From Prasinococcaceae sp. CCMP 1430 (taxonomy: Eukaryota; Plantae; Prasinodermophyta), in NCBI GenBank assembly GCA_013416795.1, contig RQSC01000458.1, forward strand, positions 4,781 through 19,795: a DNA stretch of 15,015 nt. The letters are read 5' to 3'. This document shows positions 1-9,909 of this stretch, piece by piece; positions within the stretch are counted from its first letter, which is position 1, and each line of letters begins with the position of its first letter. The notes below the pieces were generated by a model. That model had not been told where the DNA came from. It did no database searches and was given only the letters and a program-made list of their open reading frames with translations. The position numbers were made by a program, and so were the translations under genes.

Positions 1-274
1 GGGGGGGGGGGGGCGAAATTCAGCCATGTTCGGGTTTCGGGACTTTTTCAATGGCATTTGATATTGTCAGATGTGCTGTACTCTGTACTGTGAGTTTGTC
101 GTTGCGCATGGTATCGGTATCGTCGTCGCGCGTTTGAACCGAGCCGCGGCGCGCGCGGGCGTTTTCGGGGTGCGTTTTGATGGAGGGCGGTTCCCCCGGG
201 CGCGCGAGAGAGAGAGCGAGAGCGGGCGGGCGGGCGGCGGGGGCGGGGCGCCCGGCGGCGCGCCCGGAGCGCAA

Positions 275-1580
275 ATGGTGCTCTACCAGCATCCGCCAGC
301 GTGGGGGCTACCGACGAGCTGCCCGCGATGCTTGGCGGCGCAGGTGTTGCTGCGTTTCGCGGCGGGCGCGGGGCTGGGCGGCGCCGGAGGCGCGCAGGAG
401 TCGGACGCCTTTGCGGCATTCAGCTTCGAGACCGACTCTGGCGGAAACGCGAGCCTCAGCCCGACGGGTTCGCTGCCTGCGCTCGAGGATGGCGAGGCGT
501 TCGTAGGCGGCTACGGCGGCGTACGCGAGCACGTGCGCTCCGCACGCAGCGCCGACGTGGACGCGTGGATGCCGGCAGCGGCCGCGGCGCAGCGCGCGGC
601 GTTCGAGGCGCTCGTCGAGAATCGGCTCGCGCCCGCCACCGAGGCTGCTCTCTGGGCGCGCCGCGAGAACTACCGTGCAGTGAGCAAGCCGGCGTACGCC
701 GCCGCGCACGCCTGGCCGCTTGGGTCTATCCTGGCGCTGCAACGGCGGCGCGCGGCGCTGGCGGCGCTGCCGCACGGATCCACGGAGGAAAGCCTCACCT
801 CGGCGGCGGTGGAGGCCGTTGGGAACCTCGCAGCTTTCCTGGACGACAAACGCTATTTGTTCGGCGCGCACCCCACCTCGCTGGATGCAACGGTGCTCGG
901 CCAACTCCTAGTGCACATGTGGGCGCCCCTGCCGCACCACCCGCTGCGCGATGCTATCGGAGCGCGTCCTAACCTGGTTGCATACGCGCGGCGGTGCGCA
1001 CAGGAGTGCTTCGGAGCGCTCGAACCGCCGCTCGTCGGGGAGGATGGCGTCATCGGGGGCGCGGGCGCGCGGCCGAAGCTGGCCAAAGAGCGCAAGAAGG
1101 TGCGCACACGCGCATCGGGGCGCCAAATTGTGCGGTACTGTGCGCGCCTGGGGGGCGCGGCCTCGCGCACGCGCTAACGCACCCCCCCCGCCATTAACCC
1201 CCCACGCACGCGCGTGCAGGGCAAGGAGGCTTACACGCCGGCGGAACAGGCTTACCACCGCAACTCGAAGTGGTACATGACGGGCATCGCGGTGCTGTCG
1301 GCGGCGTATGGCCTATACACGCTCGCGTACACAGACGAGCAATTCGAGCGCATTCACGAGCAGATCGAGGCCCTAAAGGAAAAGGTGCGCGCGCGCGCGC
1401 GCGTTGCGGTGGAAGTGCGCGGGCTCGTGTTGGGCATCGTGACACCGGGAGCTGACGCGCGCTGCCCTCTCGTGCGCCTTTGCACGCGCCGTGCACGCAC
1501 AGGGCTTGAGCCTGCGTGCTGCTGGCGGGGACGGTGTGCGCACCGGCAGCTTCGATGATGATGACGATGGTGAGGTCTGA
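275..1580 (+). CDS. MTX1: Metaxin (mitochondrial outer-membrane SAM-complex protein, GST-like fold), 3 exons: 275-1099, 1220-1384, 1503-1580, about 355 aa
   Basis: Starts MVLYQHPPAWGLPTSCPRCLAAQVLLRF, then SPTGSLPALE and YLFGAHPTSLDATVLGQL, all typical metaxin N- and C-domain motifs. Exon 2 supplies a C-terminal TM segment (WYMTGIAVLSAAYGLYTLAY) and exon 3 an acidic tail (GSFDDDDDGEV*). Both introns are phase 0 GT-AG and keep the frame. The ATG at 275 is the likeliest start but is not proven. Confidence 0.9.
1100..1219 (+). other. Spliceosomal intron 1 of metaxin (120 nt)
   Basis: AAG|GTGCGC donor, CTAAC at 1174-1178, first downstream AG is TGCAG| ending at 1219. Splicing removes the in-frame stop at 1175-1177. 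Confidence 0.88.
1385..1502 (+). other. Spliceosomal intron 2 of metaxin (118 nt)
   Basis: AAG|GTGCGC donor, CTGAC at 1452-1456, first downstream AG is CACAG| ending at 1502. This gives the in-frame last exon GLSLRAAGGDGVRTGSFDDDDDGEV*. Confidence 0.82.
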
Positions 1581-1791
1581 TGCGACAGCCCGGCGCTGGA
1601 AGCGGAGTAATTCACGTCGTGTCTTTACTAGACTTCCTCGCAAGCGCGCCCCGCCACGATGTGCGCAGCTTGAGGCAGCACCCCCCCCTCCCCGTACGCT
1701 TGCCCCATTGGTTGGAGGGCATTGGGGGTGGGGTGGGGCGGGGCGACCGGCAGGCAGTCATGCGCTCTTCGACGCGTTGTTGAATACCATT

Positions 1792-1796
1792 TTACA
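1792..1796 (-). terminator. Putative green-algal polyadenylation signal TGTAA of the ATX-like gene
   Basis: TGTAA on the minus strand about 35 nt after the TAG, in a locally AT-richer patch. UGUAA is the established chlorophyte signal. Confidence 0.55.
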
Positions 1797-1830
1797 CACG
1801 ACGGCGCGTGCCGCCGCTACTGGGGCGCTG

Positions 1831-4800
1831 CTACTGCTTTGGAGGGGACTTGGCTGGCGGCGCGCCTTGCAGCAGCTGCTGAACCACAACGGCCTGATGC
1901 CGCGCAAGCGCCGCGTGCTCCGCCAGAAGTGGCGATCGTGCCTGCAGGGGGGGCGGCGCTTGGCCACTGGACAGGCCTGACAGCACGGGCGTGCCAGCGA
2001 GCGGGACACAGGGCAAGCCGGATGCATCCACCGGCACTCCGTGCTGAGCCAGCGAGGCTTCCGCATACTGAGGCGAAGCCCGCGCGAGGGGGGGCGCATA
2101 TTGCGGCAGGGATGCCTCACCCGTGACCGCATGCGGTGCCTGCAACACGGGATACGTCGCAGCCCCTGGAATCTGCTCATGCTCAAGCGCGTCCGGAGTG
2201 TGCACGCACTCCCCGCTCAGGAGCTGCTGCGCGGTGGGCTGTGCACTGGCCTGAACGGCGGCCTGTGCGGCGGCCTGTGCCTCCGGTTCAGCGGCGGCCG
2301 CGGACTCAGCAGCAGCCCGTGCCAATTGATCAGCTTCTTCTGCGCGCCGCTTGGCCTTGGCTTCCTCGGCCTGCAGTTTGGCATCGGCCTCAGCTCGCTG
2401 CTTGGCTTCCGTCTCCATCGCCATCATAACTATACGCTTGTCCGACGCGGCCAGCACTTTGATGTGCTCATCCAGGGCCTCCTTGCTCTGCGCGGCGTCG
2501 AGCAATTGCACCTGCGCCGCGGGCACGCGAGCCACCTCGTTGGCATCGAGCAGCTCCTGTGGCTGCAGCTTGAAGTTGACGAAGCCGCGACAGAGCGCTG
2601 CGCCACAATTGCACGGCAGGCGCTCGTCGTCGCTGTGGAAACGATAGTCGTAGGTGAGCTCCTCGCCGGCCGCCAGCGGGCGCTTCGCAAAGACAACGGG
2701 ATGATCCACACCATCAACAGTCACGATTCGGCTCGCGCAGTTTGCGTCGCAGCTGTGGTTCATCAGATGCGCGATGTTGCCAGCCCGGGTAGCGTCCACG
2801 ACGTGCTCTTCATTCACCTTCATGATGTACGTGCCCGTCCCCACCATCTCGTTGTAGAGCTGGCGCTCGCGCATGTCCGCCACCGCGGAACGCACCAGGT
2901 CGCCCACGTACTCGATGACGAACTCACCCACCGCGTGTGGCACCTTGGCAAAGACGCCCCAGCCGTGGATAGCGCTCTTGCCGAACGCCAGCCGCATGGG
3001 TAGCGTCTTCATCATGGTGTGGTACCTGTCTTTTTGCGACAGGGCCCGCCCGAGTCCCGCGGCCTCGCGCGCTCGCTCCATGTAATCACGGAGCGCCCGC
3101 GGCATCGGCCTTTTGCCCGGCATGCCGCTGATGCTTTCCAGCGCCATCGCGCGCTCAAGTCCCTGCTGTATGAACGGCACGCGCGCGAGGTATGAGCGCT
3201 TGGCGAGAAAGCCGGCCACGGCCTCGGGCTCCTGGAAGCCGCGCTTGAGCTTCCAGTTAAATGGCCTGGTGCGAGCGCACTCGTCCTCGTTCTCCCGTGC
3301 CTTGGCTGCAACAGCCGCATCCTCTGCCGCCTTGGCAGTGGCCTCTGCCGCAGTCGTCATTGGCAGCAGCAGCGGTGGCGTAGCGCGCCCCACCGTGGCT
3401 ATGTCGCCAGCGTCCGTGCTGCAGCCGGCGCGCGTGTCGTCACATGGCGTGCCTGGCCTCGGGCCAAGGATCTGACGCTCGGCCTCGTCGATTTGAGGCG
3501 CAGCGCTCCACACACCCGCAACAGGCTCTCCACGCTCGCCAACGGGCGTGTGCTTCGAGCAGTACGCACGCATCTCGATTGCCGCAGGGGCACCATTCCC
3601 GATGTCTGCTCCCTCCAAAAGTTCGCGCTGAACAAAATTGCGCTGGACCTCAGGCCCCTGGCCGGACTTGGAGCGTCGCCTGTCGAACCTGCGCTTATTT
3701 CCATTCTTGGTCAGGCCAAATGGCGCATCACCGTCGTCTGCCCGTCTGTCCTCGACGTGGACCTCGAGCTTGTAGCCGGCAGCTGCAGAGTAAAATGAGG
3801 CGTTGCAGACAGAGAAAGCACGCATGTCGTCAGTTGGACGCGACTAGGCCGAGCAGGAAAGGGGGGCGACAGGCAGGCGGGCGACGCGGCTGCCATGTCG
3901 CCCAAGTGGCTGCCGCAGGTGGGGGCGTACCTCTTGCGCACAGGGGGTGAAATGCGTTGAAACAACGATCGATGCAGCATTGGATGGGCGCCCCGTGGTC
4001 AACACCGCACACCTCGCATGCAAGAGCGAGGCGCGCGCGTGGAACCTTGCCGATCTGCACCACCGAATCGGCTTCGCTGGTCGACCCCGGTGCTCCTTTG
4101 TCCGCGCTGTCCGCCGGGGCCATGTACACTTCGGGAACCCAATTGGCGCACGCGATGTGCGCCCAGTTGGAGCATGCGGTCGGCACTAGGGCGCCACCAG
4201 CAACGGGGCAAAGCTTGCACCATGCAGGCGGCGCGAACTCGGGTCGTTGTGCCTGGCAAAGTTGGCAGTACCACAGGCCCTCCGGCTCCTTCTCAACACC
4301 GACGCAGTCCATGTGCACGAGGATGCGGCACTTGCTGCATTGGATGAGCAAATTTTCCTGTGTGTCAGCGTCCTCGTAGCAAACAGCACAGCACTCGGCT
4401 CGGAAGCCGTACTCGAGAGGTTTGAACGGCGCAGCAGTCTTGGCCCATCGCTTCGCCTCAGCTTTGGTCTTTTCTGCCTCCTTCTGTGCCTGCCTCACTT
4501 TGACCTTCATGGCGGGGTCGCACCAGCTCATGAAATTCTTTAGCATCATCACACCTGGGAGACGCTGCTGCAGCCGGCAGAGTTTCGGGTGGTCGAAGCC
4601 AAAGAGTTTCGCCGCCTGATCGTGGCGCATTTGGGTGGCCGCTCGCACGTTCATTTCCTCTTTCGTGCCCTTGTCAGCGAGCTTGGCCACTGTCGCACCG
4701 ATGATATCGACGACCTTCTTCCACGCCTCCGTCGGCGTCCTGCCTTGCGTCTCCTCGCCATGGCCCGCAGGAGGTTTGACAACGAACACAGGTGCCGAGC

Positions 4801-7800
4801 CTTCGGGTAGCGCCTGTCGCACAGGCTCTCGATACGTATGCCGCAGCCGCCTTGCCTCGAGCTCCTCCTCATCGAGATGCTCGTCATCGATGCCGTCCAT
4901 GTCGTCCACGTCATTGATAAAGTACGACGCGTCGAGGGGGTGCGAACAGCGGACCTCCATCGAGTACTCAACCTGCTGCGTCGGCGCAACCTGTGAGGCG
5001 TACATCCGCGTCGCGCGATAGCCCAGCGGGTAAATAAACTTTGCCGTGTGCCAGGCCGCCTGGTCATCTGCGGCAACGACCACGCGGCCCAGAGCATGAA
5101 CACGGAGCAAGCCGAGCTCAAGCGGCAACTCGTCCGGCTTGCGACGCTTGACGCTAAGTGGTGTGCCCGGCGCGCGCGAGCGGCGGCCGGGCGCGGGGCT
5201 GTCCGGCCCGCCCTTGCCAGTCTGCGCCCCCTTCCGGGATCGGTGCCGCTTTCCCGACGAGGGCATGAAATCGTCCGCATCGGTCTCCGTGTCATCGTCC
5301 GCGCCCGCCGCCGCTCGGGCCACTTTGAGAGCCAAGCGCTCCTCGCGCGCTCGCAAGTACTCTTTGTCATCGGTGATGTGCTCGAGATAGCCATCTTGGT
5401 CGCAGAAAGTGAGGTATTCGTCGTAGTCTTCCCCGCCCATCTCGACCTGAAGTGTGTTGCTCTCAAGATAGGCGACCATCTGCTCAATGCCGACCACGTA
5501 TGTCTCCTTCTTGGCGATCAGGTGGAGGCCACTCTTGACACCCGACCAGAAGTCGATCACCCAGCCTGGCTCGGCATTCATGAACTCATATGTGCCGAAG
5601 TACTGAATCGCGACGGGCTTGCCGCCATTTCCGTACTTGCAATCGGCCAGCTTTGCAGGCGGGTGGGCATACCTGCGCTTTGAGTTCTCGTTATTCGTGT
5701 CCTCCTTGTCATCGATCATAAGCACGATGGCTGGGTGGGGAGCAGAGCCTTTCGAGTAGCGGGCCCACACGACGTCGCCGGGCCGCATGGACATGCGCTC
5801 TGCCGGCTCTTCTTTCGTGGCCGGCGCTACAGCACCCTCTGGAGGGCCGCTCGAGACTTCACTGGGTGCGCTGGCTAATTTTTCGCCGCAAGCACCAGTT
5901 TCTTGCACCTGCTCAGCCTGCGATGGCTGCTTCTTCTCTTGCTCTCCCTCTTGTCTATCCTGCTGTTGCTCCTCCCCCCCCTGCCGTTGCTGCTCCTGCT
6001 CCAGTTGCTGCTTCGTCTGCTCCTCTTGCTGCTGCTTGTGCCGTCGCTCCCCCTGCTGCTGCTCCTGCGGCAAAAGTTGTTCTGGTTGCTTGTCGATACT
6101 CGCATGCTGCTGCAACACCGGCGAGCCACGATGCTGTGGATTCACCTCAAACTGGACACCCTGGAGCTTCGGCTGATTCTCAAGCTGCTCAGGCTGTACG
6201 GTCTTCTGCACCGTCTTATTCCCCGTGGCTGCAAGTGCTCCTTGAGCCAACTTTGGTAGGGGCTCGTCTGTGTCATTGCAACCATCCGCGAGCGAGAGTA
6301 CCTGTTCATCAATCACTGCGAGCTCCCCAGATGCAAGAATTGTCGTCTCGCGTGCACCCTGTCCCGCTGCCGCTGCATCTGCTGCTGGTGCAGCTGGCGC
6401 TGGCGCTGGCACTGCCGGTGCTGCGCCATTCGCGTTGCCGGGGTCGCCAACGTCGTCGGCGGCATCGGCATCTGTATCAGACACGAGCCCGTGGTGCTCG
6501 TTATACACGCTACCCCCATTGGTCTGGAATAAAGATTCTGGCAGAGGCTCCTTGAGGTCCATGCCGACAGATAGAAGCACGCGGATGCGTATATCTGTGC
6601 CGTCGTCCTCGCGCGGATCGCAGAGGTTGAGCGCTTCCTTCTCCTCTGTCTCATAGTACGCGATGTTGTGAAACTTGCCCTCATCATTGTAAGAGAGCAC
6701 AATGGCACGAAACCATTCCATGTTGCCAGCCCAATACACTTTGATCGGGCGGCCCACAAGCAGCTTGGGATCCACCGCGTGCAAGTTGACCTCACGGTAG
6801 GCATACCGAGGCTCGTAGTCGGCGGCCGAGTCCACCGAAGCAGCAGCGTCGCCGCATACCGCCTCGGCACCCGAGCGCGCCAGCTCGAAGCCACGCGCCG
6901 CCTCCTCAAGGCTCTTCGCCGCGGCTTGTGCTCTTGATTGGAGCTCTTGCAACTTGCGCTTGTGTTTGGCCTCCTTCGTTTCTCCTGCATTGCCGCCGGC
7001 GATATCCCGTTCGCGTTTCTGCAACTTGCGCTTGTGTTTCGCCTTCTTCGTTTCTCCTGCATTGCCGCCGGTGATGTCCCGTTTGCGTTTCTTGCTGGCC
7101 CGCGCCATGCCCACGTCGTCGCTGGCATCCTCGTCCTTGAGAGCCATGACGGTTGCAGAGACCCCAAGCGCGGCTTTGCGCGCGGGACGACCGCTGGTCA
7201 TGATGTCCTGGAGGTGCTCGCCGAGTTCGGCTGCCTCCGCCACGTCGGCGGCCTCTTTGGCGGCCTGCTCCTCCTCGGTCACTACCACGAGGCCGACCTT
7301 CCTTTTGTCCGCCTGCGCCGTTTTCGCCCTCGCAGCCACGGCACTTCTTTTGGCGGCGTTCGCCTTCGTCGCCTCGAGCGCTTGCAGTTTTTTGCGCTAC
7401 GAGACGCGCCATCAACGCAGGGAAAGGATACGAAGTGAGGCGATTTGGAGTGGGAGTCAGCGGTCGCAATCATAGAAATGCATGTTCTGCGCAGGGAAAG
7501 CAGGTGCGCGCGCTCGCGCACGCCGTCTTGTGCACGCGCGATGAGCAAACGCACCGTCGCGCTCGCCTGATGCTGCTTTGGTCTACCGGGGTACGTTGGA
7601 CCGATCCACTCGAATTTAGCCTTGCCGAGCTTTGCTCGCTGGACAGGCGCGCTGCCTGCCGGAGGATCGTCCGGGTAGATGACATGCGAGGCCGTTTTCG
7701 GGGTGTACTCGCCCACTGTACCAACAACGACGTTCCTGTTGATCTCGACTTTGATGCGATAGCCGCCGAGTGACTTTCTTTCTACAAAGTCCATCATGAT

Positions 7801-9687
7801 GAAATCCAGAGCATCGGGCCCTCGCCACTTGTCGTCTTCCACAGGAAGAAGGGCACCACCAGTTCCTAGCGCCATCAGCTCGCCCTGGGAAATCTTCTCA
7901 GGCAAAATCGTTCTCGAGCGCCCTCGCACGTCGCGCTCCCAGATGGTGTCGCCGACCTTCGCAGCCATCTCCGCAGCGTTCTGTGCCGCAGCATACGCCG
8001 CCTGCTCCATTGCGAGGATCTGCAGTGCATCCGCGCACTTCGTGCAGTGCCACTCGCCGCTTGGCACGGCCTCGAGGCCAGCGCAGCGGTATGCGTGGAC
8101 AGCCATGGGGCAGGTCTCGCATATCACGAGAGCGTCATCAGGTGTGGAATCCAGTCCGCACACGCCGCATTGCTCGTAGTACCCATCCTCCCCAATACGA
8201 GGGACAAGCGGTGCATCTGCGCTATCTGCGGGGTGCATCACTGGCTTCGGGGAAAGCCATCGCACGTTCTGTTCCCTGAGAACGAAGCAATCTGGCTCGT
8301 CGCCATCGACGTATCCGACTGTGTGCGTGCCCTTAATGGCGTCGTAGCCTGTGACGACCCCCTCAAAGAATTCCTTCTCTTCGGGCCAGAACACTTCCAC
8401 GCGGTGGCCAATCAGCTCAATGCCCAGCGAGGATAGCTCGTGATCGTCGGGCGCGCTCACCAACCCTGTCTGCTGCGTAGTGGCCGAGCTCTTCTTTTTG
8501 CCGCGTAATTTGTTCCGGTCAGGATTTGCTGGCGGTACCGCCTCCAGCATCGGCTGGTTTGCGGCCCGGAGCGCACGCGCCTGCTTTCCCTTCTCCAACA
8601 GCGCTCGCGCAGCCTCGCAGAGGGGGCAGAGCCAAACCCCTGCGGGGGCCTCCGTCAGGGGCGGTTCGAGACACTCCATGTGGAACACGAGGGGGCAGCT
8701 TTCGCAGCACAACATCGTGGTGCCTGATTCGTCGTCGTCAACGTCGGCCTTCATGCAGTGCGCGCAGAGGTTCTCGCTTCCCATGTCATCCACCGGCGGG
8801 TGCGGTATGTCGCCCTTGAGGTTCGACGGCGGCATAGGCATGGGCGGCAGGAAGTTGAACTCCTCAGTGGAGAGGTCCTCCAGCTGCGAGTCTCCATCGT
8901 AGTACTCAATCAGGTGCTTCGTTGTGACGGCGTTGTAGCCACAGATGACGCCTTCGTACCACTGCTTCTCCTTCGGCCAATACACCTCGACGGTGTGACC
9001 AATCAGAGCACTGCCCAATTTCAAAACCCGCGAGTCCTTCGCGTTGCTGAGGCCTAGCGTCGGCTTGCGCTTCTGTGGGCGAGGGCTCCGCGCTGCATCT
9101 TTGCCAGCAGCGGCCGCGGCCGTGCGCTTCTTCCCTTCTTTGCGCGGAGCTGGTGACACGAAGTCACTGTCCCATTCGAGTCGGTACCGCGCGGGCGTTT
9201 GTCGCGCTCGGCTCGGTGTGGTGCGTGGCGCCGCAGCCGGCGACGCCACTGCCGCGCTGCCGCCACCTGGCGGCGAAGTCGGGGCATCTCCTCCGCCCTC
9301 GCCCTGGTCAACATGTTTGCTCACGCCGCACGGAGGCTGCGTCCTCTCGGCGAGGTCCTCTTCGATCGTGGCGTCATTAGCCTCCTGCTTAGCAGCGGCG
9401 GGAAGCTGCGCGGCATCGTTGTCGCGGCGGCCGCCACCAGCGCCGCCATTCGCAGCCACCGTGGCCCGACTACCATCAGCCGCGGCTTGTGAGCCGCCCG
9501 CGCCCTCGCTTCCTTTGGCGTCGGCAGCACTGGCAGGTGCCCCCCCCACGTCGCGCATACTGATGCGAATCGCGTGCCTCAGGCGCGCGTCGTCATCCAT
9601 ATTCTGCTCCTCCTGCTTGGTGAGCAGCGCGCCTCGCACGGGCCGAAGCCGCAGCTGCACGCCGCCGCTGCCATCGCCCCGCGCCAT
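1831..9687 (-). CDS. ATX1: Trithorax-group histone H3K4 methyltransferase, ATX1/ATX2-like, 3 exons: 9687-7555, 7396-3931, 3782-1831, about 2516 aa
   Basis: Three consecutive minus-strand ORFs join in frame through GT-AG introns. The second junction restores HPLCAR-AAGYKLEV in the extended PHD. Domains in order (approximate coordinates): UIM-like (9600-9553), Tudor (9006-8848), PHD (8769-8617), Tudor (8415-8254), PHD (8172-8035), degenerate Tudor-like (7770-7600), Tudor (6763-6625), PWWP (5785-5440), FYRN/FYRC (5130-4520), PHD (4393-4255), ePHD (4225-3550), Win motif CART (about 3270), SET (RLAFGKSAIHGWG...NHSC...ELTYDY) and post-SET CNCGAALCRG (2995-2575). The start could alternatively be the ATG at 9600. 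Confidence 0.92.
3783..3930 (-). other. Spliceosomal intron 2 of ATX-like gene (148 nt, phase 1)
   Basis: Minus strand AGAG|GTACGC donor, CTGAC at 3833-3829, CTGCAG| acceptor is the first AG after the branch point. Splicing restores the conserved CARAAG motif. Confidence 0.92.
5930..6115 (-). repeat. Gln/Glu-rich low-complexity coding tract (imperfect CAG/GAG repeats)
   Basis: Encodes QEQQQGERRHKQQQEEQTKQQLEQEQQRQGGEEQQQDRQEGEQEKK in the linker between Tudor and PWWP. Confidence 0.8.
6948..7091 (-). repeat. In-frame 72-nt tandem duplication (2 copies) in ATX-like exon 2
   Basis: 6948-7019 versus 7020-7091 differ at 5 positions by my count. They encode KRKRDITGGNAGETKKAKHKRKLQ and KRERDIAGGNAGETKEAKHKRKLQ. 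Confidence 0.95.
7397..7554 (-). other. Spliceosomal intron 1 of ATX-like gene (158 nt, phase 0)
   Basis: Minus strand ACG|GTGCGT donor, CTGAC at 7460-7456, CGTAG| acceptor is the first AG after the branch point. It joins the 7282-9687 frame to the 3830-7339 frame. An alternative in-frame GC donor exists at 7566. Confidence 0.8.
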
Positions 9688-9909
9688 CCGCTCGGCGCGT
9701 TCGCGTGCGCACCAGTTGCGCGTGCGGGCGCGTGCCTGCGCGTATGGTCGCCTCGTCCTCTCCGAGGCGCGAGCACTGGCTCACAGGCGACACGCTAGAG
9801 GTCTCTGCTCGCTTCGCCGCCTAAACCCTTGCGAGCCCGCGCCACCTCCCCCCCCCTCCCCCCCACACACACACCTCTGCCTTCGCGCCTGTGCTGCGCG
9901 CGGGCCTGN

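Noticed and set aside
71-274. 68-aa N-terminal extension of metaxin from the ATG at 71
   Set aside because: It runs through GA and G repeats, and metaxin similarity begins at MVLYQ (275). More likely promoter or UTR, though not excluded.
1100-1502. Introner (transposon-derived) introns, suggested by near-equal 120 and 118 nt lengths and the same GTGCGC start
   Set aside because: The intron bodies do not align with each other beyond splice signals and GC/CA-rich tracts, and no terminal inverted repeats are evident. A genome-wide BLASTN would be needed to revive the idea.
2041-3003. 320-aa ORF antisense to the SET region, and other overlapping ORFs such as 9044-10375 and 10085-10984
   Set aside because: Stop codons are rare in GC-rich DNA; the products are low-complexity mirror translations of real genes.
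3783-7554. Three separate genes, frameshifts or a pseudogene for the ATX-like locus
   Set aside because: The frame changes coincide with canonical introns, splicing restores conserved motifs, and SET catalytic motifs are intact.
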